A stretch of DNA of 63,708 bases, counting the filler, from Lenisia limosa (taxonomy: Eukaryota > Protista > Breviatea), in the NCBI GenBank assembly GCA_001655205.1. It is 17 parts of 17 records of this genome, joined end to end, with 100 filler letters (N's around TTAATTAATTAA, not from the genome) between each part and the next. Parts side by side here need not be neighbours in the genome. Positions count along the whole stretch, not along the records: positions 36,382 to 38,761 come from LPNZ01011684.1; positions 38,862 to 46,591 come from LPNZ01009019.1; positions 46,692 to 48,224 come from LPNZ01007259.1; positions 48,325 to 49,880 come from LPNZ01000878.1; positions 49,981 to 52,966 come from LPNZ01000717.1; 12 more parts are not named here. One strand, 5' to 3'. The notes beneath the pieces are model-generated. The model saw only the letters and a program-made list of their open reading frames with translations, was not told the DNA's origin and searched no databases. The position numbers and the translations under genes were made by a program. Below are positions 37,621-51,444 of this stretch, piece by piece. How positions within the stretch are numbered: position 1 is the first letter of the stretch; each line of letters begins with the position of its first letter.

Positions 37621-38196
37621 GCAACAAGCAAACCAACATCTTGACCCGAAGCTTGAAAAGGAAAATCAGGAAGCTCTGAGGTGAGACCCTCCCGCGCCCT
37701 GCGTCTTTTTGTCTTTTTTCTGTTTCACCATCTCTCCCCTATTTGTAATAGTCTTTCTGCAGTAAAATTAATTATTGAGTTACAAAATAGAATTACTTTT
37801 TGTTTTTTTTTTTTTTTTTTTNNNNNNNNNNNNNNNNNNNNNNNNNNNNNNNNNNNNNNNNNNNNNNNNNNNNNNNNNNNNNNNNNNNNNNNNNNNNNNN
37901 NNNNNNGACTCTACACATAGTTTAAACGATCAGAATTGACATATCTGTAAATCGATGTTTGGGCCAATATTAACCTACTTGATTTGATTCTTGAATCCAG
38001 CATGTTACAAAACTACCAGGGAAATGCATCTATGATGGGGGTATTAATACTCAATACTATCTTCTAAACCCCCCAGGCTAATCCATCGGAACCAACTTGC
38101 CGCGAGCCGACATCGGGAGACGGAAGAAGAGGCCGACGAGTCACGTACAGTGCTTCCGACGGAATCGGCTCGGAGGCGGTCCGCTTTTATGGCCCG
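37621..38196 (+). CDS. Unassigned spliced exons
   Basis: AG/GT-bounded, GC-richer open segments QQANQHLDPKLEKENQEALR and LIHRNQLAASRHRETEEEADESR... Confidence 0.4.
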
Positions 38197-39476
38197 ACGC
38201 TTGAGGTACCCGGGGCGGCGGGGGGTGGGGATCGGGCATACTGCAACTTTATATGATTATTATTTCTCAACATACTGTGAGTGAGAGGAGGGAGAGGGGG
38301 GGTTGTACGTACATATAACACAGAGCACCTAGTGGGCATAAATATACATGTAATATATGTACTACTTGCACCGAGGCAAATATGACGATGAGTTTTGTAC
38401 ATCGCTTTAAGGATTCACTTCGGTTCCGGAAAATATCGATAGTTTTCGAGAATTTATTGAGAAATTCAGTTTTTTTCGAACGAAGTGAAGTTTCTATCTG
38501 TAATCCACTCCACGCACCTCACCCCCCCTTCCTTCTCCCTCTCTCTCTTTTCTCACTCCCCCCGCAGTAACGCAACCGGTGTGGGATCAACCGCATCAAT
38601 GCCGGTCCATGAAAATGAGGTTCCCCGGGGATATTCATATACTATATGATGTAATAAAAAAATATATTTTCATATATTTTTTATTATTCTTATTTTTTTT
38701 TATTTATTTTATGTAGCTATGTATATTTTTTATTTGTATGGAGAGATCCATGAAAATGCGGNNNNNNNNNNNNNNNNNNNNNNNNNNNNNNNNNNNNNNN
38801 NNNNNTTAATTAATTAANNNNNNNNNNNNNNNNNNNNNNNNNNNNNNNNNNNNNNNNNNNNTATTAGGGTGTTTGGGCAATGTAACGCAAAATTGAATGT
38901 TATGACTTCCCAAAGAAAATCGGTCAAGACTTATCCTGATCACTGTATATTAGGGCTTCACTTCGGTTCGAAAGAAACCGGTAGACTATCGATAGTTTTC
39001 GAGGATATATCGAGAAATTCAGTCTTTTATCAAACCAAAGTGATATATGTATATATGGTATCCCCACCCCCAGCGTACCAACTGTTTGCTTGAGGAAAGA
39101 TCCGAAGAAGTCCGAAAGTGCAACGGACATCGCAAATCCGAAGAAAGTTCTTTGGAAAGCTTGGAGCTGAAGTGTCAGCCATATGATGATATAGTATAAC
39201 AATGAGAAATAAAAAATAAAAAAGGTAGTATCTGACCGAAGCCGTCCACATCAATACGCTTAAAAGAGATATTCCATTATTGTATAATATTAATTCACCC
39301 AATTATTTATAGTAGAACATATATTAGGTATTTATTGTTTTCCTTGATTTCTAATGTAATATGAATATGAACTAATACGGAGAATCTATCACCCCCCTCC
39401 CCCCAAATCTAGTAATACATGTATATCTCCATATTATATGTAATATACCATATAAAGAAACTATAGCACCCCCCAC

Positions 39477-39578
39477 CTTATACGGAGAGGGGCTGAAATG
39501 AGCGTCTAACCCCGAGATAATCACGCCAATTAGAACCACTACAACCCACACCATGAAGTACGGAACCTGAGAGTGGAT
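39477..39578 (-). CDS. Exon of a membrane protein, unassigned
   Basis: C-run CTCAG acceptor and GTGGGGGG donor around IHSQVPYFMVWVVVVLIGVIISGLDAHFSPSPYK (one hydrophobic helix). Confidence 0.5.
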
Positions 39579-41959
39579 CTGAGGGGGGGGGGGGGNNNNN
39601 NNNNNNNNNNNNNNNNNNNNNNNNNNNNNNNNNNNNNNNNNNNNNNNNNNNNNNNNNNNNNNNNNNNNNNNNNNNNNNNNNNNNNNNNNNNNNNNNNNNN
39701 NNNNNNNNNNNNNNNNNNNNNNNNNNNNNNNNNNNNNNNNNNNNNNNNNNNNNNNNNNNNNNNNNNNNNNNNNNNNNNNNNNNNNNNNNNNNNNNNNNNN
39801 NNNNNNNNNNNNNNNNAAACAAGCAAAAACAAACACGAGAAACCAACGCTGGGGTGTAAAATTGGAAAATTTATGAAACAAATAAAACCCCAAATCAAAT
39901 CTGGTGGCTGACAACACACAAGTGTTGATAACAACAAAACAAACATTGCATCCCATCATTCCACCGTGCGGTTAAACTGGAATACATGGGGGGGGGGGTA
40001 GAATTTNNNNNNNNNNNNNNNNNNNNNNNNNNNNNNNNNNNNNNNNNNNNNNNNNNNNNNNNNNNNNNNNNNNNNNNNNNNNNNNNNNNNNNNNNNNNNN
40101 NNNNNNNNNNNNNNNNNNNNNNNNNNNNNNNNNNNNNNNNNNNNNNNNNNNNNNNNNNNGCAAAAAGTTGTGCGGAAAACAACAAAACAAAGCAAACTGT
40201 TTTGAGAACATGAATATGTACTAGTGTATAACGTCCCTGAGCGAACACGAAACAAGGTATTTACAGCATCACCCCAAAAAATGTGTGAGAGAAGCACTTG
40301 TCATACATACCCTCTCATAGCTCAACGCAGGGTCATTTTCGATTATAGCTCTCTCGTGCACATCCAACTGGAAGCATGTTAGGTGATTGTGATGATGATG
40401 GTGATGATCTTGAATAATGAAACCCCCTCCCATCTAAGAGATTCGATTTCATGTTTTCCAAATTAAGCTATTCAACTTTTATTAGGTCACGAGCTCTGCA
40501 ATGCGGTCATAATATAATATACAGTGTATATATAAAAAATGATATGTATATCTATATATAGTATATAGACATATCAGATATTGGGGAAGCACGCAGAAAG
40601 CTGTGTGCACAGAGTTGTAACGCATATGATTATGCTATTTATTTGTTTTCCTCTCTTCTTAACAAAACATAATTAAATTTTCTGTCTTCTTAACAAAACA
40701 AAAATATATTTTCTCTCTTCTTAAAAAACACAACAAAACACAATTATGTTTTCTCTCTCCGAAAATGCTGATAATCCTCCTCCTTTATTTGTTTGATATA
40801 AATACCACAGTTAACATTTCCCGTTCACTTCGCTCATTCACTGATAATTTTATCGGTTGTGAATATGGTTTCCCTCTGGTCTAAAAAAGATAGATAGTTT
40901 TCGAGGATTTTTCGATAAATACTGTCTTTTCGAACCGAAGTGAAGCCTTAGGAAACTAAACCCAGATAAAATCATTACATCTAACTTGGATTTTAATGTT
41001 ATATCCTTATCAAAGCAATGTTTTCCTTCTGTCTAGATGATATAATTTCCTTTCCTTGTTCAGTGAATCTATTTTTTTGCACCTCTTACCAGCACTACCG
41101 TGCATCGACTTAGGATTTGATTCCCTCAAGGCGGGATTTCCTTGTTGTATCTGGGAATAATGGTGTTCTCCTGTTAATCATGGAAATCGCAACTTTTTAC
41201 CATAAAAATCTCATCAATGCGCCGTAGTTAAACACCCAATCTCAGGTCAATGTTCCATACATATGTTGAGAGATGAGAAATAGCTGCACCTGACCTCCAT
41301 CGCGCAACCTTTTGCTTACATAAATCTTATGCTATTTGAAAACAGTTTGGTAAAAACTGGAAACACCATTTCGTACTCTGATGTAATACGTTCGTACTCA
41401 GATGTAATATAAATACAAGTTGTACTCAGATGTGATATCCACACTACCAACCTTGTGAAAGAAATATGTCAAACAAAGGTAGACTGTCGGCACAGCCCAG
41501 TCCCATAATGCTGGAACAAAAGGTTTGCTCCCGTCATTGAGAGGAATCGTCTTGGGTCGAGATATGGTCATGCTGCTGGAAAGTTGGAAAGGCGTTTATC
41601 CGAAGAAGAAGAGGGCAAGAACGCCGTTGTCCAGCGTCTGAAGCAGTTTTGTTGTTGTTACAAATACAATTAAAGCTGATTAAAGGCAGAATGGGTGGGT
41701 GCGTGGGTTAGTTCCATTCCCGGTGACGCCGGGGAGAAATCTGTAGTTCAATCTGTTCAAATCTGTACACCCCAGCTACAGATTTATAATTCACCCACCG
41801 GCCACCGGTTGCCCACCAGGGGAGATAGAGTTCTCAAGTTTGCAGCTTGAGCGACAAGTCACGGCAAAGTGAAAAGAAAAAAATTCAACTACTGCAAGAG
41901 TTACTAGAAAAAGACTATTATATTTCAAGTTACTAATCAAGAAAGAAGCAGTTTCCCCC

Positions 41960-43471
41960 TCATTGAGCTCTAATGCCGGCAACAACACTGCCCGAGGACA
42001 ACGTGCCTCGAAAACGCACCCCTCTCTCCCAACCAACCATCCCCTCCTTCCTCCCATCTCCACCAACGATCGCGCCGCCTAACGAAGACTTCACCATCAA
42101 CATGGACGTTGAAGAGGCCCAAACCCCCAAGAATGACTTTAGAACGCCTGTCAGCCGCAGGCCTCTTGAGGGGTCAATTCCGTCCAGCATCGTGACTCAG
42201 CCCCAACAAGTGCTGGTGGGGGGCTATACTGTTTTTGAATAAACAAAAGAGAGAAACAAAACCCCGATGGTATTACTTGCGTATGTTGGAGGCACACAGA
42301 AAGTTGTGTGTATGGGTTGGCACACAGAAAGCTGTGTGTACAGAGTTTTAATGCAAATAATTGGGGAATTATAGTATATGAGTATCGCCCTAATTACGAA
42401 CCGAATAATCTGAAACTCCAAACAAACCTAAATTATTTGTGGATGTTGGGGAGGCATGTAGAAAGCTGTGTGTACAGAAATGTACTCGATGTATCCTCGA
42501 TAAATATCGATGATGTGGTCTTTTTCGGAACATAGGGAAGCCCTATAGAGAGACTATATGGCTATACTATATCATCATACAGTGACCGGGATAAGTCTTG
42601 ACGTATTTTCCTTGGGAAATCACAGAGCAAATCTGTCAAGACTTCTCCCATCAGTGTATAATTGAGAGATACATTGGCTGCATGTAGAGTGTAGGTTTTT
42701 ATGAAAGTTAGAACTTTGCCCCAGCAGCTAACACTGATTTCCTTCTTTAAATAATACCTTTATCTCACCACTAACGCTCATGTGTTGTCCAAATGCTTAG
42801 CAATCAGAGTTGATTCTGGGTTTTTTGTTTCATTATATATACACCCCCAGGAACGACTTTTAATTAACAACCCCAACAGCCCACTGGAACTTTACTTGCA
42901 ATAACACCTTTATTACCTTTTGATAGCAGCCCCCCTCCCCCAAGAAAATTGTCAATAAAACTTTATTACTTACCACCTTCTTTATATATTCCCTCCTTTT
43001 TCTAGCTTGCATAACATAACACTTTATAACTTGCCTTACCTACTTTAAGTAACAGCATGAAATAATCCCTGATAACACCCCAACAGCCCCCCACAAACCT
43101 TACATATAGCCTTTATAACCTACTTTAAAACACCTTTAAAAAACACTAGAGCTTCCCTACGGTCCCAAAAAAGACTGAATTTCTCGATAAATTCTCGATA
43201 AATATCGATATTTTGACTGTCTTTTTCGGATGTAGGGAACCGTAGTGATCCTAGCAGCCCTGCCCTGTCTTTTTTTTTCTGTTTTGTTTTGTTATCAACC
43301 CTTGTATGTTTTCAGCCAACAGAGTTGATTTGGGTTATTTTTTTGTTTCATAAATTGTCCAATTTTACTCCCCCCAGCAGCCCACTCAAGAAGCCGCAAT
43401 TATCCCGCCGCCGCCAACTCAAGTACCGGTTGTGGAACCGCCAGTAGACCGTCTCGCTCAGCCATCCCCCT
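41960..43471 (+). CDS. Pro-rich unassigned protein fragment (exons about 41960-42210 and 43379-43471)
   Basis: PATTLPEDNVPRKRTPLSQPTIPSFLPSPP... and QPTQEAAIIPPPPTQVPVVEPPVDRLAQPSP; the latter is bounded by the cassette AG and GTAAG. Confidence 0.5.
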
Positions 43472-45572
43472 GTAAGCGCAAGATTGCTTTCTTTTTGTCA
43501 CTTTCCCCTTTGACATTTAAGTCTGAAATGATGATTTCTTTACATTTTGTCCCACTCAAAAATTCAAATTAATGTCTCTGTTACACAGAGCAGAATCCCA
43601 ATTTCGTAACCTTATACTGTAGTAATGTCCACTTCGACCAAAGTTCCCCATTCTCCCGCAGACCATCAGCTTACACATCTTCCTCTCGGCCTTCTTTATA
43701 GCCCTGCGGTAGGATGGTGATGATGCTGATGATAATGTTGGTGGTAATGATGGTGATAATGTTGGTGATGATGATGATGCTTTCATTTCTTTAGCTCGTT
43801 TAGGGGTTCATATGGAATTTTTTATTTATTTATTTAATTGTTTTTTGTCTGTTTGTATCTTAACTATTTTTGTTTGACACTGTTTATCCCTTGAACTCTC
43901 TGCTGGTCCGGTATAAAACTGTCATTTTCACCCCTGACAGTGTCCTATTACCCCTGCCCCTAAAGTACTCCACCGAAGCCCCATCAGGTGCGGCGGCGAG
44001 GGGAGGTAATTATATATGCTCTTTGTATATGTTTGTAATAGTATATGTATGTATGTCACTATAAATTATGTATAATATATATAATATATATAATATACAA
44101 TGTAATATTGGAACTCATATCACTTAAAAGCAGGATTTCAAATAAGTAAGAAAGTTGTCTCGGATATACGAGGCAGTTTGCGCGTCATATTGAACGTGAA
44201 GCACGCCATTTTTGCCTCTTTTACTCCTTTCTCATAATCGACTTAAGAGTCGCTATCAATACCAAATAGAATAATGTATGAATAAATCACTCAAAGGAAA
44301 GCCTATTCTTCGATAATTAAACTGCTATCCGAGACAACTTTCCCATTTGAAACCCTGCTGTAACAAAGTGCAACCCCACACTTTTTCAAAGATCATTCCA
44401 ATGAGATGTGTGGATATACACATATGGTCAACATTATTACGAATTTGATGTTCATATCACAAGTGGATATCATAATATATCATATATACTATGATATGTG
44501 TCTTTTTATTATTTTTTTACGCATACCAATGATTTTTTTAAAAAAAAACCAATCAGTTTTACGAATTTTCAGATCACTAGTGGTAATGCTTCACTTCGGT
44601 CAGTAATGACTGAATTACTTTCGATATTGGAGGGAATTCCTCATCGCACCTGAATACGGGTCTACATTTTTACGTGTTATTAATGATTGTTCTTGCTCAT
44701 AAAACAATTCATTTTTACGAATTCACATGTCAATATTTTTACGATTTTAAACGTTCATATCTGATTTTTTACGAATTTAGATGCTCATGTGGCGCATACG
44801 TATCTCCTTTTTCAATGTCAGACACTCTAGATGTGGAGGGGGTTGGTGGGGAGGGGGAGGGAAAATATCGATAGTTTTCGAGGATTTTTCGAGAAAATCA
44901 GTCTTTTGTGTGGAGCCCAAGGTATAAAAGGGTCAGAGAGGGTATAAAGAAGTGGCTGGTGATGGCGGGATGGGCGAGGGGAATAAAGAGGGATAGATTT
45001 TGAGAGGGGGTGCGGGGTTANNNNNNNNNNNNNNNNNNNNNNNNNNNNNNNNNNNNNNNNNNNNNNNNNNNNNNNNNNNNNNNNNNNNNNNNNNNNNNNN
45101 NNNNNNNNGGGGTATTTAGATATTTATTACCTCAACAAAGCTTAAAGCAGGGTGGTAATCAGAAAATTGGCTCGGACTTTCGTTATATTTCCTCTAAGAT
45201 TGGCACAAATTGAATGTGATTTACGCCAAAGCTTGGAGTCTTTCAAACTGAAGAAACGGGTTGTTATTAACTGTCAAACAGCATCCATGACAATTTTCTG
45301 ATTGCCCCCTGCTTTGTCACAAAATAGATTGTTTTTTTTTTTTCAAAAACAGTCTCCTGGTTGTGGTTTTTTTCATAAATGGGATGCCCCTNNNNNNNNN
45401 NNNNNNNNNNNNNNNNNNNNNNNNNNNNNNNNNNNNNNNNNNNNNNNNNNNNNNNNNNNNNNNNNNNNNNNNNNNNNNNNNNNNNNNNNNNNNNNNNNNN
45501 NNNNNNNNNNNNNNNNNNNNNNNNNNNNNNNNNNNNNNNNNNNNNNNNNNNNNNNNNNNNNNNNNNNNNNNN

Positions 45573-45968
45573 CAAGGAAGCTCAGAGCGCGCGCACGTCC
45601 TACCCTGAACTCGAGGAAAAGGTAGGGGAAATAAGAGATGGAATACACTAGAAATTACAAAAGGAATGGAAACCTAATTACCCCCAGATCATAGATTTTT
45701 GACTGCCTTTAATTCATTTAAATTATCCCCAGATTTAAATTCAATATTATTATTGTTTATCACCCCCAGGTTTGAATTCATTATTATTATCACCCAGATA
45801 ATCGAATCTTGGGGGAATGTGCTGGAAATAACAAAAGAAATAATGGGAACAAAATAATTACCCAGATTATCGACTGCCTTTTCTTCATTCTTAGTATCAC
45901 CCAGATAATCGACTATCTTGACCCTGAGGTCCAGCCGCCGCCTATTCTGACTGGAGGAATTCGGGGAA
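45573..45968 (+). CDS. Unassigned spliced exons
   Basis: KEAQSARTSYPELEEK/IIDYLDPEVQPPPILTGGIRGK with GTAGGGG and GTGGGGGGG donors. Confidence 0.4.
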
Positions 45969-46691
45969 AGTGGGGGGGGGTGGCTTTTTGCTTGTTTTTT
46001 GGTGGTAAGAGGTGATNNNNNNNNNNNNNNNNNNNNNNNNNNNNNNNNNNNNNNNNNNNNNNNNNNNNNNNNNNNNNNNNNNNNNNNNNNNNNNNNNNNN
46101 NNNNNNNNNNNNNNNNNNNNNNNNNNNNNNNNNNNNNNNNNNNNNNNNNNNNNNNNNNNNNNNNNNNNNNNNNNNNCGCCACCTCAACCTCAGGGAAATA
46201 ATGGTTCGAGCGGATATTTATTTTTTGTTTTAATGAGAGACCAGGGCTTCACTTCGTTTCAAAAAAAAAGACTGAAATTTTCTCGATAAATCCTTAAATA
46301 TCGATATTTTATCAGACTTTTTCGAACCGAAGTGAAGCCCTATGAGCGACACGCTAATGTACAAGTATGCTGGGAAGGCGCAGAAAGCTGTGTGCTCAGT
46401 GTTTTCAGGCAAATTATTGGGTGAAGTAATATACTGGAGAGGCATGCAAAGCTGTGTGTATATGATGTATAATTCACAAATCACTACGCTGGAGTGATGG
46501 GATATGATGCTGCAGAAGCGACTAGCCTGGGCTTTGTTTGTTTTGTTGTTTTCAACCCTCGTTTGCTATCAGCCAACAGAGTTGATTTGGGNNNNNNNNN
46601 NNNNNNNNNNNNNNNNNNNNNNNNNNNNNNNNNNNTTAATTAATTAANNNNNNNNNNNNNNNNNNNNNNNNNNNNNNNNNNNNNNNNNNNN

Positions 46692-46802
46692 CACGACTAT
46701 CCTGAGTTCCTATGCGACTACCACGCCGTGGTATGTGCCTCGATCCCGAGTACCTGTGTACAGTTACGCAATCTTGTGCTCTCTGCCTTCCCGCGCAATA
46801 TG
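46692..46802 (+). CDS. CNOT1: CCR4-NOT subunit 1 (NOT1 C-terminal domain), single exon
   Basis: [37 protein letters not shown] matches the highly conserved [11 protein letters not shown]...[17 protein letters not shown]; followed by a GTGAG donor. Confidence 0.92.
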
Positions 46803-49683
46803 GTGAGCAACGAAGGAAATTTCAGTGAAGAATGTTGGCGTAAAGGTACTAATCACGGGCAAACGAAGGACATTTCAGTGGAAGAATGTTGGCGTAAAGG
46901 TACAAACTAATCACGAGCCGAATTGATGAAACTAAAAGGCCCAAAATCAACTCTGTTAGCTTAACACACACAAGGCTAGGGCTTCACTCTGGTCACAAAT
47001 AGCATTTATCGAAAATACAGTCTTTGTTTTAAATTATCGATTTTTACCCCCCCCCCCCNNNNNNNNNNNNNNNNNNNNNNNNNNNNNNNNNNNNNNNNNN
47101 NNNNNNNNNNNNNNNNNNNNNNNNNNNNNNNNNNNNNNNCAGGAAATGGGACTTCCCCCTCGCCTTCTTTCTCCTTATCAGGTTGGCACTAAGGCCACAT
47201 TATAACCTCATCTAATTTGACTCCCCCCCCCCCTTAATCGCAAGCTAATCCCCACCCCGGGGGGGGGGGTAATGNNNNNNNNNNNNNNNNNNNNNNNNNN
47301 NNNNNNNNNNNNNNNNNNNNNNNNNNNNNNNNNNNNNNNNNNNNNNNNNNNNNNNNNNNNNNNNNNNNNNNNNNNNNNNNNNNNNNNNNNNNNNNNNATT
47401 TGCACAAGGGATTTTTAAAAGTTGAAATAATTTTGAAATTTTTACATTTTTTCTTGCATTTTCAGCTGAAATCTGAAATCTTGATTTATATATTCCAAAA
47501 CATTTCGAAATTATTTAAAAACTGACATTTGAATGGGTGAGCAAACTAAACTGTCTATTGGTTTATTTTGCATCATTTTCATCCCGTAGAACTCCCTCCG
47601 TGAAGCAGGTATCTTCTCTGCCATCAACCTGTTCCTTCAAGGCCACGACCAGCCCGATTTCTTTGAGACCGTCCTGACGAAGGTCCGTGCAAAGAAATTA
47701 TAGTTGTTTTTTGTTTGTTGTTGTTTTTTAAAAAACTTCCTCCAAACCGCCCTAAACCCTCCAGATCAACTCGCCGGTTGAGGGAAGTGCCTCTGTTGTC
47801 AACCTTGACCTTCTTCACGCTATCACCATCCACATCGGAGTAGAAGCGGGTAGGGTTTTTATAATTTTTATTATATATAAATATTTTTTTTGTTCATGCT
47901 AACGTCATCATCAACAACATAATCACTATTAACAACATGACATCATAAACAACCATAAACAACAATAACATCTACATCAATAACAGTAACATCATAATCA
48001 TTGGAATGGGAGTGTTTATGATTTCTGTTGACATTCCCGCTATTCTCACTCCCTATTTCACGCTGTAGTTCTGAGGGCACAGCAAGGCGACAACTCACCC
48101 ACCAAAACGCAGCCTATGGATATCTTCATGTTCCTGGCCGAACACCTGTCCGCTGAAGGACGTTACCAGCTGATTAACGGTTGGGGATTATGTTGTTATG
48201 TGTCGCTAATGAAAAAGATGATTANNNNNNNNNNNNNNNNNNNNNNNNNNNNNNNNNNNNNNNNNNNNTTAATTAATTAANNNNNNNNNNNNNNNNNNNN
48301 NNNNNNNNNNNNNNNNNNNNNNNNGTAGGCTGACAACACACGAGGGTTGATAACAAAAATAATAATAAAAAAAAGCCCAGGCCAGTCGCTTCTGCGTTTG
48401 GGGTATGAAATACAATATGAATAGGGGGGGAGAGGAAACTAAGAAACGAAGAAGCCGAAAGCAGGAAATTGCCATCAGAGAAAAGGGGAAATTACCATTA
48501 GAGGGAATTTCAATTTGATTTTTTCAGAAATGCAACATGTAACAATGACAATGCTGTAGTAAGAGGGTAACTAGTAGGGCTCCATGGTTCGAAAAAAGAC
48601 CGAATTTATCGATAAATCCTCAAAAACTATCGATATTTTACCGGTCTTTTTCGAACCGAGGCAAAATCCTAGTAACGACCAAATATATAGGCAGATACTA
48701 CCCCCCCCCACGAGGCTTCGAACTGAAAAGTCTCGATACGCAACGGAAGAGTGAAGATCTGAAAGGTAAAAAAAAGCCAACTCTGAGATCATTAAGATCA
48801 TTAAGTAGTGTTGGTTGTATGCCAGGACTTATCATCTTCAGTAGACGTATATCTTAAAATAGTATATAAGCTCTATGATAAGTTCCGATAAACGGGTACT
48901 CATATGGTTAACAAACAATAAAGCTCAATATCCGACTTATCGCTACCAGCGTATCAATACCATCCTCACCATTGCATAGTATCTTATGTTAAATATTACT
49001 AGACTTTAACCTCACCGTTAAAAAGCACGTTTATCTCGCCCAAGAGATATTGGATTATAGTTTCTGGCCGAAGCCGTCCATAACATCATGTATATTATAA
49101 GAAATTATTGTTTTATAGTATATCTGGCCGAAGCCGTCCGTCCATACATACTGTATATTATAAGAGCTATTAGATTATAGTAGAATATGAACACCAAGCT
49201 CACCATTGCATGTCACCTGGTTCAGTCTTGATAACAAAAACTTGTTGAAAAACCCAGTTTGAGCTAAAAAGTCAGGTATTAAAAAAGTGTGGCAAAATCA
49301 TGACTTGAAACGCAGTTTGAGCAAAAAAGCCGGGCATAACGATGACTCAAAATAACAAGCTGCCTTTGGTCCAATAAAATGAAAAAAGACTGAATTCTCG
49401 ATAAATTCACGAAAAATATCGATATTTAAGCAGTCGTATGGAACCGAAAGTGAAATGGATTACAGATGAGGAAAACAGTCAGGAAGCCTCACCAAAACTG
49501 CGAATTAGGGCTCCGTGCAATTAATTTTTCGAAGAAATTAATTGACAAAATTGGAATTTAAATACGTCGCACTTCAAAGTTAGCAACATATTTTTTTCAA
49601 TTAATTGCACGGAGCCCTACGAATCAAAACTGTCTGGGATTGAGATTTGTGGGGGGGGGGGCTTTATACGCATAACAGCTCAC

Positions 49684-49787
49684 TCAGCTCGATTTCGGTC
49701 GTAAATGGTGAGGTTGGTTTGGAGATTGGGAACTCGGAAAACTGGGATGACGTTGAATCGGAACAGCTGGCACTGAGCCGCACCCTG
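49684..49787 (-). CDS. Unassigned exon
   Basis: GAAQCQLFRFNVIPVFRVPNLQTNLTIYDRNRAE between a cassette-derived CCCCTCCAG acceptor and a GTGAG donor. Confidence 0.45.
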
Positions 49788-49999
49788 GAGGGGTAAAATG
49801 AAAATACTGTGCTTCAATCTGGAAACAATATAACCCTGAGACAACACAAAGGGAACAAAAAAAAACCAAATCAACTCTGTNNNNNNNNNNNNNNNNNNNN
49901 NNNNNNNNNNNNNNNNNNNNNNNNTTAATTAATTAANNNNNNNNNNNNNNNNNNNNNNNNNNNNNNNNNNNNNNNNNNNNGCTGGGGCGGCACATCTGT

Positions 50000-51158
50000 T
50001 AAATGATAACACAGGTGTCCTAAGGTGAGCTCATGAAGAATAGAAATCTTCTACTCCGTATGTTTGGTCACTAATCCAATCCACAAACAGTGTAGAATTC
50101 TTAGTAACCGAGACTGGAATAGAAAGGTATGAAGTGTTTTATTGCGTGCTCTGACCAACGCTCTCCCAGCCAAGATAGTGTTTTGTTGTGTTAGGTTAAT
50201 TAATTAGCTTTTTGGGCAGAGATTTAGAGACTGACAGATTATTACGAGTACCTTGTATTGTTTAAAACAGTAAAGGTGATGAAAACCTGATGCTCTTACT
50301 GTGTGTTGAACCCGATGTGGTTGCTCACGCTAACCTTAAGCTCAAAAGGTATTTTTCTTATTCTTTTTCCTCCTTTTTCTTTGATTTGTTGTTTTTTTTT
50401 ACATTTTTTTCAAGGTATGATAACGATATCACATTAAATGTTTTTTTGATGATATCAAAAATATATATTACATCGTGGTTCTAATGTTATTATTTTTGCC
50501 AGATCAAATCCTCTTCGCGATTTCTGCAGTTGTTATATTTGGTCCTTCACTTTCCTTTCTCTACTTTTTTCGAAAAATTTGGATCATTCCATTTGTCATG
50601 GGGGGTGTATTGCTTCCCTTTATGACACTAACAACAATAAGGTATACATGGCGTGCTCCTCTGGGGCCTTCATTGAAACAGAACAGCAGGCACGATGAAC
50701 AACAGGAGAACCCAAAACTTGGAAAGTAACATCGTATTTACAGAGCAAAGGCTAATTTAAAAGGTTAGAATGAAAGAGGGATGACAGACTCCTGTTGATA
50801 AGATAGATATGGTGTTCCACCATTTTCATCTAACGGAATTGAAATACTCACCACCCGTTAAACGCCATCGTACAACTACCGACCTCAAACTTGCCGACGG
50901 AATAAATGTAAGACCTCGTGTGACTTGGTAGTCTTATTTTGTTATATTTGATATTAAATGATATTTAGGCTACCCCGAAGATCACTCAAGACGGCATTAC
51001 AGGCTACCCCGAAGATCACTCAAGACGGCATTACAGGCTACCACGTCGAGTCAATCTCTTTTGAGGTATTCAACGAGGAAAAGGAAGATGCTGATACCAT
51101 TCGGTATGGGAAAGCAAGAGAAGGGAATTTCATTTTTGAGTTCGATGATGTTTCTTGA
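50000..51158 (+). CDS. One or two small unassigned spliced genes (a membrane protein ending 50729; a short gene ending 51158)
   Basis: QILFAISAVVIFGPSLSFLYFFRKIWIIPFVMGGVLLPFM (hydrophobic); MVFHHFHLTELKYSPP...DGIN/ATPKITQDGITGYHVESISF...DDVS*. Confidence 0.4.
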
Positions 51159-51444
51159 GTCGAGCTTCAGGCATATTTAATAAGACAGGCGAATTATTAC
51201 AAAAATATATTTCTATATCATACCCATACATGTAGATAACTATTTTTGTTGGACTGAAGTGAAATCTTGCCAGGGGGGGGGGTAAAATACTCTTTTTGAA
51301 GGGAAAACGAAANNNNNNNNNNNNNNNNNNNNNNNNNNNNNNNNNNNNNNNNNNNNNNNNNNNNNNNNNNNNNNNNNNNNNNNNNNNNNNNNNNNNNNNN
51401 NNNNNNNNNNNNNNNNNNNNNNNNNNNNNNNNNNNNNNNNNNNN

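Noticed and set aside
46812-46915. About 50-bp tandem duplication giving the repeat EECWRKGTN in the ORF track
   Set aside because: It lies after the GTGAG donor of the CNOT1 exon, so it is intronic and not part of the protein.
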